A stretch of 64,000 bases of DNA from Escherichia coli (GTDB lineage Bacteria; Pseudomonadota; Gammaproteobacteria; Enterobacterales; Enterobacteriaceae). The stretch lies in NCBI RefSeq assembly GCF_003019035.1, contig NZ_CP027447.1; one strand, written 5' to 3'. Shown here piece after piece: positions 23,181 to 33,761 of this stretch. Position 1 is the stretch's first letter, and the number at the start of each line of letters is the position of its first letter. A model generated the notes under the pieces. The model was not told the DNA's origin. It was given only the letters and a program-made list of their open reading frames with translations, and searched no databases. A program made the position numbers and the translations under genes.

Positions 23181-23236
23181 GCGTTGCCGGATGACGCGTC
23201 AGGCGCGTGATTGCCTGATGCGTTGTTAGCGTCTCT
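23181..23236. repeat. REP-like element between osmC and ddpF
   Basis: GCCGGATGACGCGTCAGGCGCG...GCCTGATGCG resembles REP consensus. Confidence 0.4.
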
Positions 23237-24161
23237 ACAGCGCCCGCCAGCACCGGATCTCACGTCCGTCCTCCCTTATTGCTAATGATTGCCGGACTTC
23301 ACACCCGTGGGTTGCCAGAGGGCAACGTTCACGGAAAAAACAGCCTTGTGGCAACGTGCGGTTTCCTGGTAGATCCGTTTTACGTAATGCCCATTCTTCC
23401 TCCAGCGGTTTATCAATGGCGGGGAGGGAATCCAGCAATAATCGGGTGTAGGGATGTGCCGGAGCTGTCAGCACCTGTTGCGCGTCTCCTAATTCCACAA
23501 TCTGTCCGAGATACATCACCGCCACCCGATCGCTCATATGACGTATCACCGAGACATTGTGTGAAATCAGCACATAAGTCAGCCCGCGATTTTCCTGTAG
23601 CGTTACCAGTAAATTGAGGATCTGCGCCTGCACGGAGATATCCAGCGCCGAGGTTGGTTCATCAAGCACAATCACGTCAGGCTGCGAAGAGAGTGCTCTG
23701 GCAATGGCGATACGTTGCCGCTGCCCGCCTGAGAACGCATGGGGCAAGCGGTCGAGATACTCCGGACGAATACCCACCTGCACAGCCAGCTCCTCTGCCA
23801 ACGCTCGCCGCTGTTGTTCACTACTACGCTTAGCAATCCAGAGCGGTTCCGTGATGATGCGCCACACCGGTAAGCGCGGATTAAGCGAAGAGAGCGGGTC
23901 CTGAAACACCATCTGCATAATGCGTTGTGATCCTGAACGGATGTACTGCCCGTGGCTCGGTTGCAGCATACCCATTAAAAGCTGTGCGAGGGTGCTTTTG
24001 CCGCAACCTGACTCACCGACGATCCCTAAGGTTTCACCACGACGGATCTGTAAATCAATACCATTGATGGCATGAACATGTTCCGTAGTTTTACCAAGCC
24101 AGTTTTTTCGGGCCGGGAAATTGATATGGACGTCGCGTAACGTTAATAACGTGTCAGACAC
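23235..24161 (-). CDS. ddpF: D,D-dipeptide ABC transporter ATP-binding protein
   Basis: ORF 23235..24215; probable GTG start at 24159-24161 (VSDTLLTLRDVHINF) with AGGAGG RBS, overlapping ddpD stop; Walker A GESGCGKST. Confidence 0.85.
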   Translation of the reverse strand: MSDTLLTLRDVHINFPARKNWLGKTTEHVHAINGIDLQIRRGETLGIVGESGCGKSTLAQLLMGMLQPSHGQYIRSGSQRIMQMVFQDPLSSLNPRLPVWRIITEPLWIAKRSSEQQRRALAEELAVQVGIRPEYLDRLPHAFSGGQRQRIAIARALSSQPDVIVLDEPTSALDISVQAQILNLLVTLQENRGLTYVLISHNVSVIRHMSDRVAVMYLGQIVELGDAQQVLTAPAHPYTRLLLDSLPAIDKPLEEEWALRKTDLPGNRTLPQGCFFRERCPLATHGCEVRQSLAIREDGREIRCWRAL

Positions 24162-25140
24162 TAATGACCTCCTGCTGAGGATACCAACAGGCGCAGCGGT
24201 GGTTGTTGTCACCACACGCTGTTAGCGCCGGGACGTTTTCACACTGCGCACCTGCCGCATAGCAACGATCGCGAAAAGCGCAGCCGTCAGGCAAATGGGT
24301 GAGGTTTGGTACCGTCCCTGGAATGGCGGGTAATGGCTGGCGCGGTATTCCATGTTCCGGTGCGCATTGCAGCAAACCAATGGTATACGGATGCCGGGGA
24401 TGATGGATAACGTCTGCCGTCACGCCGCTTTCAATCACGCTTCCGGCATACATCACGTAAACGCTATCGCACAGTTGCGACACCACGGCCATATCATGGC
24501 TGATGAACAGTACCGCAGTTCCACTGGCGCGGGCTTTATGTTTAAGCAGACGCAGTACCTGCAACTGTACCGTGACGTCCAGCGCCGTAGTCGGTTCGTC
24601 GGCAATAATCAATTGCGGCTCGCAGGAGAATGCCAGCGCAATCATTACCCGCTGGCGCATACCACCTGAAAGCTCAAACGGATAGCGCGACATAACTTCC
24701 ACGGCATCCGGGATTTGCATCTCTTCCAGCAGGGCAATCGCTTTAGCTCTGGCTTCCCGACGACTTATTGGTTGATGATGGCGGATCACGTCCATCATCT
24801 GAAGACCTATTCGACGTGTCGGATTGAGGGCGGTCATCGGTTCCTGAAAGATCATCGCCACTCGTGCGCCGCGCCACTGACGAAGCTGCTTTTCCCGAGC
24901 GTTAAGAACATCTTCTCCCAGCAGTGAAATATGTCCCCGATGTACGCAATAACTGCCCGTCGGTAGCAGACGCATAATCAACATTGCAGTGACTGATTTA
25001 CCCGAGCCGGATTCTCCCACCAGACCGACAATTTCACCGCGGTTGATTTTCAATGACACATTGTTGAGCGCGTGAACGTCGCCGTTAAAACCGGGGAAAC
25101 TCAAATGCAGTTGTTGAATGTCCAGAACGGGTTGGGTCAT
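24154..25140 (-). CDS. ddpD: D,D-dipeptide ABC transporter ATP-binding protein
   Basis: 328-aa ORF; Walker A GESGSGKSV, ABC signature LSGGMRQR. Confidence 0.9.
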   Translation of the reverse strand: MTQPVLDIQQLHLSFPGFNGDVHALNNVSLKINRGEIVGLVGESGSGKSVTAMLIMRLLPTGSYCVHRGHISLLGEDVLNAREKQLRQWRGARVAMIFQEPMTALNPTRRIGLQMMDVIRHHQPISRREARAKAIALLEEMQIPDAVEVMSRYPFELSGGMRQRVMIALAFSCEPQLIIADEPTTALDVTVQLQVLRLLKHKARASGTAVLFISHDMAVVSQLCDSVYVMYAGSVIESGVTADVIHHPRHPYTIGLLQCAPEHGIPRQPLPAIPGTVPNLTHLPDGCAFRDRCYAAGAQCENVPALTACGDNNHRCACWYPQQEVISV

Positions 25141-26033
25141 GACTGCTTTCCTCCTGCTTTCGGGTCAAGCAGATCGCGAATACCATCGCCAAAGAGATTA
25201 AACCCGACGGCGGTAAGCAAAATCGCTGCCCCCGGAAATGCGCAATACCACCATTGATCGAGCACATAGTTGCGACCATTCGCCACCATCGCCCCCCATT
25301 CAGCACTCGGTTGTTGAGCACCAAGGCCAATAAATCCCAACGTGGCGGCCATTAAAATCGCGCTACCGATATCCAGCGATGCCTGCACAATCAGCGGCGG
25401 CAGGGAGTTACGTAAAATATGCCAGTTGATCAGATGCCAACGCGACGCACCAAAGGTTTTCGCCGCCTGAACGAAAGTGTACTGGCGGACAACTAATGTT
25501 TGCCCCCGCGCCAGGCGCACATAAAACGGGATTCGCACGATAGCAATCGCCAGCATGGCGTTAAACAAACTCGGCCCGAGAGCGGCTGCCAGTGCCATTG
25601 TCAGCACCAGCGAAGGAATCGACAGCATAATGTCCATGATGCGCATGATGATCGCGTCTGCGCGTCCGCCAAGCACACCGGATAGACACCCGAGTAGCGA
25701 CCCCATCATACCTGCAATGGCGACCACCACTAATCCGGCGAGAATTGATTGCTGACTGCCGACCAGTACGCGGCTAAACAGATCGCGTCCCACTTCATCG
25801 GTGCCAAACCAGTGCGCTGCAGAAGGCGGCAAAAGGCGGGCGGTTAAATCAATGGCGTTGGGATCATGCGTCGCCAGCCACGGTGAAAAAATCATCATCA
25901 ATAGCATTAATACAATGATGACTGCGCCGGTCACGGTGAGCGGGCTGCCTTTCAGCATCCATACCAGTTTTGCACCGTTAAATCGCGTTTGTTTTTGTGG
26001 GCGTACGGCGGACGTTTCCTCGCTTAGCATCAT
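25137..26033 (-). CDS. ddpC: D,D-dipeptide ABC transporter permease
   Basis: 298-aa multi-pass membrane ORF, overlaps ddpD start by 4 bp. Confidence 0.9.
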   Translation of the reverse strand: MMLSEETSAVRPQKQTRFNGAKLVWMLKGSPLTVTGAVIIVLMLLMMIFSPWLATHDPNAIDLTARLLPPSAAHWFGTDEVGRDLFSRVLVGSQQSILAGLVVVAIAGMMGSLLGCLSGVLGGRADAIIMRIMDIMLSIPSLVLTMALAAALGPSLFNAMLAIAIVRIPFYVRLARGQTLVVRQYTFVQAAKTFGASRWHLINWHILRNSLPPLIVQASLDIGSAILMAATLGFIGLGAQQPSAEWGAMVANGRNYVLDQWWYCAFPGAAILLTAVGFNLFGDGIRDLLDPKAGGKQS

Positions 26034-27052
26034 TCACCACCTCCACGTCCGATACGCGGATCAATCCACAAATAGAGCAAATCCACCACCAGGTTCACCA
26101 GCACATAAGCAAACGAAACCACGACGGCAAAGCCCATCACTGCCGGGAAGTCGAGCGCCTGTATTGATGTTACTACCCATGCACCCATTCCGGGCCAGGC
26201 AAAAACGGTTTCGGTGAGCACTGCGCCATACAACAAATCGCCCAGCGCCAGTCCCAATACGGTAATCGAGGGGATCAACGCATTGGGTAGCGCATAACAT
26301 AAAACGATATACCAGCCGGGCAAGCCGCTGGCCCGGGCGGTACGAATGTAATCTTCACTCAATTGTTCCAGCATCGCTGAGCGGATCTGGCGAGCGACAA
26401 TTCCCAGGTGAACGAACGCCAGCGTTAATGCCGGTAAGATGAGATGTTGCAGCGCATTGAAGAAGACTTCACCGTTGCCTTCAAGCAGCGCATCGAGCAG
26501 ATAAAAGCCGGTAACGTGCGTTGGTGGATCCAGCCAGTCATCAAGCCTTCCGCCGCCGGGAAGAATTTGCAGATGACCATAAAACAGCACAATGACGCCC
26601 AGCCCAAGCCAGAACGCAGGTGTGGAGATTCCGGTAATGGCCATTATTCGCACCAGATGATCCAGCCAGCGATTTCGCCAGACTGCAGAGAGTATGCCCA
26701 ACGGGATGCCAATCAGGAGTGCCAGCAGCAGCGCGCAAAATGCCAGTTCCAGCGTCGCCGGGAAAAATATACGCAACTCTTCCAGCACCGGACGCCCGGT
26801 ACGAATGGATGTTCCCAGGTCACCCTGAAACAGATCGCTGACGTAGCGGTAAAACTGTACGTACAGTGGCTGGTCCAGCCCCAGTTGCTGGCGAATATTT
26901 TCCACGATAGCATCGCTGGCGCGGTCACCCGCCAGTAACCGCGCCGGATCGCCGGGGATCAGGTGCGAGATAATAAACGTAATCACGCAGACGCCCGCCA
27001 CCACGAGCACCAGCCCCCAGCAGCGTTGGCGTAAAATACTCCAGAAGGTCAC
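26030..27052 (-). CDS. ddpB: D,D-dipeptide ABC transporter permease
   Basis: 340-aa membrane ORF, overlaps ddpC start. Confidence 0.9.
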   Translation of the reverse strand: MTFWSILRQRCWGLVLVVAGVCVITFIISHLIPGDPARLLAGDRASDAIVENIRQQLGLDQPLYVQFYRYVSDLFQGDLGTSIRTGRPVLEELRIFFPATLELAFCALLLALLIGIPLGILSAVWRNRWLDHLVRIMAITGISTPAFWLGLGVIVLFYGHLQILPGGGRLDDWLDPPTHVTGFYLLDALLEGNGEVFFNALQHLILPALTLAFVHLGIVARQIRSAMLEQLSEDYIRTARASGLPGWYIVLCYALPNALIPSITVLGLALGDLLYGAVLTETVFAWPGMGAWVVTSIQALDFPAVMGFAVVVSFAYVLVNLVVDLLYLWIDPRIGRGGGE

Positions 27053-27053
27053 G

Positions 27054-28310
27054 TTATTTACTCATAGTATTGATATTGAAGACCTGTTCCAGCATGGGAT
27101 TGAACACAAAGCCTTTCACCTCTTTGTTCATCGCCAGTTGATAGTTTTTCTGGAACAGGTACACATAAGCAGCGTCATCAATGACGATTTTCTGTGCCTG
27201 CTGGTAGTCCCGGGTACGCTGCGTCTGGTCGGTGGTCGCTAGCGCATTGCGCAGTAACTTATCGACCTCACTGTTTTCATAGAACGAGCGGTTACCCGGC
27301 AGACCTTTTTTGTCGGACTCAAACCAGTAATTCATAAACATATACGGGTCGGCAAAATCCGGACTCCAGTTGCCAATCGCGATGTCGTAATCACCTTTAC
27401 CCACTCTGTCGCGCATGGTGGCGTTCGCCAGCTTTTCCAGCTTCACATTGATGCCCAGCTTGTTGAGACTGGATTGTGTCGCCAGAGCAATAGGCTCCCA
27501 GTTCGGATCATTATCAGAATAGAGAAACGTCAGGCTGGTGGGTTTGCTCGTCACTTTATCCCATTCGGCTTTGGCTTTCGTTTCGTCATGGTTGTATTGC
27601 ATTGCCGTCGCATCGTATCCCCACATGCCTTCCGGAATCGGGCCGCGCATCTGTTTTCCGTTACCACTCAGAATGCCGTTAACCATTCCCTGATAATCGG
27701 TAGACCAGGAAATGGCCCGACGCAGATCCGCCTGATTAAGTGGCGCTTTGCTGTTATTCAGATACAGATAGGTGACGCGCAGTGACGGATACTCTGCCAC
27801 ATTGACTTTGTTTTCCTGCTTCAGTGCGTTGAGTTGATCCACCGGCAGCGCATCGGCAATGTCAATGTCGCCACGGGAGAGCTGCAGGCGACGGGAAGCA
27901 CTTTCACCGATAATTTTTACCGATACCCGTTTGAAATTCGGTTTATTGCCGGGGTAATGCGGATTTGGCACCAGAACTAATTGCTGACCTTTTTGCCAGC
28001 TTTTCAGCATAAACGGTCCGGAGCCAGCGGTATTTTGCGCGAGGAAACCACGGGCATCATCCGCCGCATGCTCCTTTAAGACCGCCGGATTGATAATGGA
28101 TGCACCGTCATTCGCCAGCGTGTAGAGGAACGGTGCGAATGGCTGGCTAAGGGTAAACCTCACTATATGTTCGTCGGGAGCATCAATCTTTAAATCTTTG
28201 GGAAATGCTTCTGCTGGCCCCTGGCCGATTTTTAGTAACCGCTCAAAAGAGAGTTTTACTGCTTCGGCAGTGACAGGTGTGCCATCGGCAAATTTAGCAT
28301 TGTCCTTCAG
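27054..28310 (-). pseudogene. ddpA: ddpA periplasmic dipeptide-binding protein, 5'-truncated by prophage insertion
   Basis: Reading frame runs without stop from 27054 up to the prophage junction at 28310 (ORF track shows only 27054..28163 from an internal GTG); about 418 C-terminal residues remain, signal peptide and first ~98 codons absent. Confidence 0.85.
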
Positions 28311-28490
28311 TGTATTGATTCACTTGAAGTACGAAAAAAAACCGGGAGGACATTGGATTATTCGGGATCTGATGGGATTAGATTTGGTGGGGCTTGCAAG
28401 CCTGTAGCGCAAATTTTAGTCGTTAATCAATGAAACGCGAAAGATAGTAAAAAATTGCTTTTGTTTCATTGAAAATACGAAAAACAAAAA
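28311..28490 (+). repeat. Prophage left end (attL) with transposase-binding sites L1-L3
   Basis: Terminal TG; end-binding repeats TGATTCACTTGAAGTACGAAAA (28317-28338), TGAAACGCGAAAGATAG (28431-28447), TTGTTTCATTGAAAATACGAAAAAC (28461-28485). Confidence 0.75.
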
Positions 28491-28649
28491 CACTGCAAAT
28501 CATTTCAATAACAGCTTCAAAAAACGTTCAAAACCGATAACAACCAGGCTGTAACCAAATGACTCATATCACAAATCAGCTCATGCCGTTTAGGTATGTT
28601 ACATGTGTGATTATGTGAGGTGAAGTATGTTTTAGCTGGTTCATGGTTG

Positions 28650-29168
28650 TTATACGGCTTTTTTTACATCTTGTGGTTCTTGCGAAGGAGCTACAAGACC
28701 TTCCTGTTCATGAATACCATGCTCTGACAAAATCTCTTTGCGCTCTTCTGCTGGTAAAGTTTCTAGCATTTGGGCGAGTTGTATGCACTCACGCGATACG
28801 CCGTGCAGAGATTGGATTTGAGTCTGATCAAAGATACTTGGCATTAGTGCACTAAGTCCACCTTTACTAAGTAGCTTTAATGCCCTCTGGATTTCCTCTG
28901 GTTCTAACTCTGCAACCAAAGCCATTAACACAGAAGCTAACTTATAAGCTGACTTATCGTTATCTAATAACTGCGCCCCTCCTAATTCTGCCTGAGTGGC
29001 ATCAGGTAATGAGCTGATATGGTATTCATAAGCAACACCCTTTACTCCTTTGATCTGTCTCTTTTTCCATCCCTCATTAGTTGCTTTGCGGCTAATACTA
29101 CTTGCTGAAGACGGAAGACCAGCAACCCCTTGTAGCTCTTTAGCTGAAAACCATTCTTGTGTCATCAC
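28650..29168 (-). CDS. c: Prophage repressor c (D108-type N-terminal DNA-binding domain, Mu-like C-terminal domain)
   Basis: 172-aa ORF facing the left end; C-terminal ...[13 protein letters not shown]...[15 protein letters not shown]...[12 protein letters not shown] matches the Mu repressor family; N-terminal domain is homologous to the transposase N-terminus in this window. Confidence 0.8.
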   Translation of the reverse strand: MMTQEWFSAKELQGVAGLPSSASSISRKATNEGWKKRQIKGVKGVAYEYHISSLPDATQAELGGAQLLDNDKSAYKLASVLMALVAELEPEEIQRALKLLSKGGLSALMPSIFDQTQIQSLHGVSRECIQLAQMLETLPAEERKEILSEHGIHEQEGLVAPSQEPQDVKKAV

Positions 29169-29356
29169 AAACCTCGCTTTAAATACACGATGTATTCAAA
29201 GAAATGAAAAATATATTCACTTTAAAATCATCGAGATAGATGAATTTCAAACAAAACATTTGAATACACTATTGCATTGACAATGTATTCACACTAGCAT
29301 TACTGCATACCTTATCAGCTACCTTGCGGCGTAGCTGATGGCGTAGCTTGTGAGGA
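29169..29356. promoter_or_regulatory. Operator / early promoter / enhancer region between c and ner
   Basis: At least four copies of TGTATTCA(C) or its complement at 29191, 29212, 29261, 29284; divergent c and ner starts flank it. Confidence 0.6.
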
Positions 29357-29365
29357 TTGCATTTT

Positions 29366-29584
29366 ATGGCGATAAAGAAAAGTAAATGTGAAGACAAAAG
29401 TAGATACGACATTGTTGCTGATCTGCGCAAAAGAGGAAAAAGCCTAGCAGCTCTTGGTCGTGAGAACGGTCTCTCTATCTCTACGGTAAAAAATGCCTTG
29501 GATAAACCTTACCCTCGGGGGGAAAGAATCATTGCCGATGCATTGGGAGTTGAGCCACGAGACATCTGGCCTTCGAGGTATTGA
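29366..29584 (+). CDS. ner: Ner-family DNA-binding early regulator
   Basis: ORF 29357..29584; likely ATG 29366 with GAGGA RBS; [72 protein letters not shown] (Ner/Nlp family). Confidence 0.8.
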   Translation: MAIKKSKCEDKSRYDIVADLRKRGKSLAALGRENGLSISTVKNALDKPYPRGERIIADALGVEPRDIWPSRY

Positions 29585-29586
29585 AA

Positions 29587-31587
29587 ATGCAACCACAATG
29601 TAATGATTGGTTTTCTGCAAAGAAATTAGAAGGGCTGATAGGTCTTCCAAAATCCTCTAGCGCGATCTCTCGTAAAGCAAGGTTAGAACAGTGGGTGTTT
29701 CGACAGATACACGGGGTAAGAGGAGTAGCCTATGAGTTTCATATCTCATCTTTACCAAAGGAAACGCAAGCTGCGTTGTTGCTTAGACAAGGAGAGATCG
29801 AAACAAGCCAGGGCCGTTTTGAAATCGCCCGCCCCACGCTGGAAGCCCATGATTATGATCGTGAGGCACTGTGGAGCAAATGGGATAACGCCAGCGATTC
29901 CCAGCGCAGACTTGCTGAAAAATGGTTGCCTGCGGTTCAGGCCGCAGACGAAATGCTGAACCAGGGGATTTCAACAAAAACGGCTTTTGCGACCGTTGCA
30001 GGGCATTACCAGGTCAGCGCATCCACTTTGCGGGACAAGTATTACCAGGTACAGAAGTTTGCGAAGCCTGACTGGGCGGCTGCGCTTGTTGATGGACGTG
30101 GTGCATCCCGTCGCAACGTTCACAAAAGTGAATTTGACGAGGATGCCTGGCAGTTTCTGATTGCAGATTATCTGCGACCGGAAAAGCCCGCCTTCCGCAA
30201 ATGTTATGAGCGTCTGGAACTGGCAGCCCGCGAGCATGGCTGGAGTATTCCCTCCCGTGCCACGGCCTTTCGCCGGATTCAGCAACTGGACGAGGCAATG
30301 GTTGTTGCCTGTCGTGAAGGTGAACATGCACTGATGCATCTGATACCGGCACAGCAGCGAACTGTGGAACACCTGGACGCCATGCAGTGGATCAACGGCG
30401 ACGGTTATCTGCATAACGTCTTTGTACGCTGGTTTAACGGTGATGTGATCCGCCCGAAAACATGGTTCTGGCAGGATGTGAAAACCCGAAAAATTCTGGG
30501 CTGGCGCTGCGATGTGAGCGAGAACATTGATTCAATTCGCCTCTCGTTCATGGATGTTGTGACTCGCTACGGTATCCCGGAGGATTTTCACATCACCATT
30601 GATAACACCCGTGGTGCTGCGAATAAATGGCTGACGGGAGGCGCGCCCAATCGCTACCGCTTTAAGGTAAAAGAGGACGATCCAAAAGGACTGTTTTTAC
30701 TGATGGGGGCGAAAATGCACTGGACAAGCGTTGTTGCCGGTAAAGGCTGGGGCCAGGCAAAACCTGTTGAACGTGCTTTCGGTGTTGGTGGGCTTGAGGA
30801 ATACGTTGATAAGCATCCGGCACTGGCTGGCGCATATACGGGGCCTAATCCGCAGGCAAAACCTGATAACTATGGCGACCGCGCTGTTGATGCAGAGCTG
30901 TTTCTGAAAACCCTTGCCGAAGGTGTGGCGATGTTCAATGCCAGAACAGGCCGTGAAACAGAAATGTGCGGAGGCAAACTTTCGTTTGATGACGTTTTTG
31001 AGCGTGAATACGCCAGAACGATTGTGCGTAAGCCTACCGAAGAGCAAAAACGGATGCTGTTACTGCCTGCCGAGGCGGTGAACGTTTCACGTAAAGGCGA
31101 GTTCGCGCTTAAAGTTGGCGGCTCCCTTAAAGGTGTGAAAAACGTTTATTACAACATGGCGTTAATGAATGCCGGAGTGAAAAAAGTTGTGGTCAGATTT
31201 GATCCACAGCAGTTACACAGCACGGTTTATTGCTACACCCTGGACGGTCGGTTTATCTGTGAAGCGGAATGTCTGGCACCTGTTGCGTTTAATGATGCTG
31301 CGGCAGGCCGTGAATATCGCCGCCGCCAGAAACAACTGAAATCTGCGACGAAAGCAGCAATTAAGGCACAGAAACAAATGGATGCACTGGAAGTGGCAGA
31401 GCTGCTGCCGCAGATAGCCGAACCTGAAGCACCAGAATCACGAATTGTCGGCATTTTCCGGCCTTCCGGTAATACGGAACGGGTGAAGAATCAGGAGCGT
31501 GATGATGAATACGAAACTGAGCGTGATGAATATCTGAATCATTCGCTGGATATTCTGGAACAGAACAGACGTAAAAAAGCCATTTAA
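29587..31587 (+). CDS. A: Transposase A (DDE transposase/integrase of Mu family)
   Basis: ORF 29581..31587; likely ATG 29587; from about residue 60 onward matches Mu A as I recall it ([10 protein letters not shown]...[28 protein letters not shown]...), N-terminal ~55 aa differ. Confidence 0.9.
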   Translation: MQPQCNDWFSAKKLEGLIGLPKSSSAISRKARLEQWVFRQIHGVRGVAYEFHISSLPKETQAALLLRQGEIETSQGRFEIARPTLEAHDYDREALWSKWDNASDSQRRLAEKWLPAVQAADEMLNQGISTKTAFATVAGHYQVSASTLRDKYYQVQKFAKPDWAAALVDGRGASRRNVHKSEFDEDAWQFLIADYLRPEKPAFRKCYERLELAAREHGWSIPSRATAFRRIQQLDEAMVVACREGEHALMHLIPAQQRTVEHLDAMQWINGDGYLHNVFVRWFNGDVIRPKTWFWQDVKTRKILGWRCDVSENIDSIRLSFMDVVTRYGIPEDFHITIDNTRGAANKWLTGGAPNRYRFKVKEDDPKGLFLLMGAKMHWTSVVAGKGWGQAKPVERAFGVGGLEEYVDKHPALAGAYTGPNPQAKPDNYGDRAVDAELFLKTLAEGVAMFNARTGRETEMCGGKLSFDDVFEREYARTIVRKPTEEQKRMLLLPAEAVNVSRKGEFALKVGGSLKGVKNVYYNMALMNAGVKKVVVRFDPQQLHSTVYCYTLDGRFICEAECLAPVAFNDAAAGREYRRRQKQLKSATKAAIKAQKQMDALEVAELLPQIAEPEAPESRIVGIFRPSGNTERVKNQERDDEYETERDEYLNHSLDILEQNRRKKAI

Positions 31588-31625
31588 TTAACGTTTAAAC
31601 AAAATTTAATTACGAGGTTATTCAG

Positions 31626-32564
31626 ATGAATATTTCCGATATTCGCGCAGGACTGCGCACGCTTGTAGAAAATGAAGAAACCACCTTTAAACAAATTGCT
31701 CTTGAGAGCGGACTTTCTACCGGAACTATCAGTAGTTTTATCAATGATAAGTACAACGGGGATAACGAGCGTGTTTCACAAATTCTGCAACGCTGGCTGG
31801 AAAAATATCATGCAGTTGCAGAACTACCTGAACCGCCCCGCTTTGTGGAAACGCAGACGGTAAAACAAATCTGGACAAGTATGCGTTTTGCCAGCCTGAC
31901 TGAAAGTATTGCTGTTGTGTGTGGCAATCCTGGTGTGGGCAAAACCGAAGCGGCCCGTGAATATCGCCGCACCAATAACAATGTCTGGATGATCACCATT
32001 ACGCCATCCTGTGCCAGCGTTCTTGAATGTCTTACTGAACTGGCGTTTGAGCTGGGAATGAATGACGCACCACGCCGTAAAGGGCCGCTCTCCCGCGCCC
32101 TGCGACGTCGCCTTGAAGGTACACAGGGGCTGGTTATCATCGACGAAGCTGATCATCTTGGTGCCGAAGTTCTGGAAGAACTCCGCCTGTTACAGGAATC
32201 AACCCGTATTGGCCTTGTGCTGATGGGAAATCACCGGGTTTATTCAAATATGACGGGGGGTAACAGAACGGTTGAATTTGCCCGTCTGTTTTCCCGTATT
32301 GCAAAGCGCACTGCAATTAATAAAACCAAAAAAGCCGATGTAAAAGCTATTGCGGATGCCTGGCAGATTAACGGCGAAAAAGAACTGGAGTTATTACAGC
32401 AGATTGCGCAGAAACCAGGTGCGCTTCGCATTCTGAATCATTCACTTCGCCTTGCCGCCATGACGGCTCACGGTAAAGGTGAGCGTGTTAACGCAGATTA
32501 TCTGCGTCAGGCTTTCCGTGAATTAGACCTGGACGTTGATATTTCAACGCTGCTGCGTAATTAA
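31626..32564 (+). CDS. B: Transposition target-DNA activator B (AAA+ ATPase)
   Basis: 312-aa ORF with Walker A GNPGVGKTEA and Walker B VIIDEADHL; immediately after A. Confidence 0.9.
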   Translation: MNISDIRAGLRTLVENEETTFKQIALESGLSTGTISSFINDKYNGDNERVSQILQRWLEKYHAVAELPEPPRFVETQTVKQIWTSMRFASLTESIAVVCGNPGVGKTEAAREYRRTNNNVWMITITPSCASVLECLTELAFELGMNDAPRRKGPLSRALRRRLEGTQGLVIIDEADHLGAEVLEELRLLQESTRIGLVLMGNHRVYSNMTGGNRTVEFARLFSRIAKRTAINKTKKADVKAIADAWQINGEKELELLQQIAQKPGALRILNHSLRLAAMTAHGKGERVNADYLRQAFRELDLDVDISTLLRN

Positions 32565-32579
32565 GAAGGAGAAGAAATT

Positions 32580-32807
32580 ATGATGGCCCGAAATATAAAA
32601 ATGGCAACGGATGCGCAGAACTGGTTACAGGCGCGCGGGAGTCATGTAAATGAATCATATCTCGGCGTGGCGCGTCCGATTCTTGAAATCACTTACCCAC
32701 CGGTGGAACTGGTAAAAAACGCGGTCAGAATTATGGAGCATAAGTCCGGGGTGGCCCGTTCTGTATGGACGGCCCGTCTTAATGGTTGCCAGATTATCTG
32801 GAGATAA
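32580..32807 (+). CDS. kil: Kil-like host cell-division interference protein (by position and size)
   Basis: 75-aa ORF directly after B, as in Mu. Confidence 0.55.
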
Positions 32808-32809
32808 CG

Positions 32810-33040
32810 ATGTGTATTAAAGCCGAAAAATATATTGAATGGGTTAAACACTGTCAGTGCCACGGGGTGCCGCTGACGACATATAAATGCCCCGGATGTG
32901 GTGAACAGATTATGACGCAATGCTCACCCGAAAAGGAAATTCGGGATTCCCTGACATGTTGTCCGTGGTGCAGCGCGGTTTTCTTTAAGCAGGTAAAAGG
33001 CGCGAAGGTAAAAGCCAGCGCAGTTATTCAGAATCAATAA
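32810..33040 (+). CDS. Small cysteine-rich early protein (possible zinc ribbon)
   Basis: ORF 32786..33040; probable start MCIKAEKY; CQCHG...CPGCGEQ...CCPWC cysteine pattern. Confidence 0.5.
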   Translation: MCIKAEKYIEWVKHCQCHGVPLTTYKCPGCGEQIMTQCSPEKEIRDSLTCCPWCSAVFFKQVKGAKVKASAVIQNQ

Positions 33041-33051
33041 GGAGAAACAAA

Positions 33052-33321
33052 ATGGCAAAGGTTATCTTTGAGTTTACATGGCTGGAAAGTAGTGACGGTT
33101 GCAATGGGCGCAGAGAAGTTCTGGATGCAAAAGCATGTCTTGCAGATATCTCGCCAACGGAAAATACCGGGCCTCATGATTTACTGGCAAATATCGTCCT
33201 GACTATGGCTCCTGAAATTATTAAAAAGGCCAAAGATGAGATGCTGACCACTATGAAGAAAGTGGGTATGGAGGCTGAATGTGATTTAGTACCACATCCG
33301 GTGAATGCGGTTAAACATTAA
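33052..33321 (+). CDS. Early-region hypothetical protein
   Basis: 89-aa ORF with RBS-like AGGAGA upstream; same strand as early operon. Confidence 0.5.
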   Translation: MAKVIFEFTWLESSDGCNGRREVLDAKACLADISPTENTGPHDLLANIVLTMAPEIIKKAKDEMLTTMKKVGMEAECDLVPHPVNAVKH

Positions 33322-33341
33322 TTCGCAAAGGAGCGCTGACA

Positions 33342-33761
33342 ATGAACGTCAAAATCCGAAATGAAATTCAGGCATTAATCCGAATTCAGGAACGCAATAA
33401 CAACGGTGGTGAATTACGCGAGTTTATTTGCGCCCGGAAAGTTGATGGTTGTGGTGAAAAGACTTACCTGATTGCTTTCGACCATTACAGCATCTGTGCG
33501 CGTTATTGCGGCGAAAGCATATCCCGCGCCATTGCATTTGGCGGTGCGTTCAACGTGGATTTATGGGAGTACGTCATGGACCGGGAATACATCTGCGCAT
33601 CAGACCCTGAAGCCCGTGAAATGTGGCAGCGTATCTGGCGCGATTACCGGTTAATGGCAAAAGGCTGGGCGCGCTGCTGTTATTCCTCGCTTGCCCTGAA
33701 AGCGGTTCAGTTATCGCTACGGCATATTCCGGCATCACTGCGCGAGCCTCTGCTGTACTGA
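33342..33761 (+). CDS. Early-region hypothetical protein (cysteine-rich)
   Basis: 139-aa ORF, AGGAG RBS upstream, several Cys residues. Confidence 0.5.
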   Translation: MNVKIRNEIQALIRIQERNNNGGELREFICARKVDGCGEKTYLIAFDHYSICARYCGESISRAIAFGGAFNVDLWEYVMDREYICASDPEAREMWQRIWRDYRLMAKGWARCCYSSLALKAVQLSLRHIPASLREPLLY

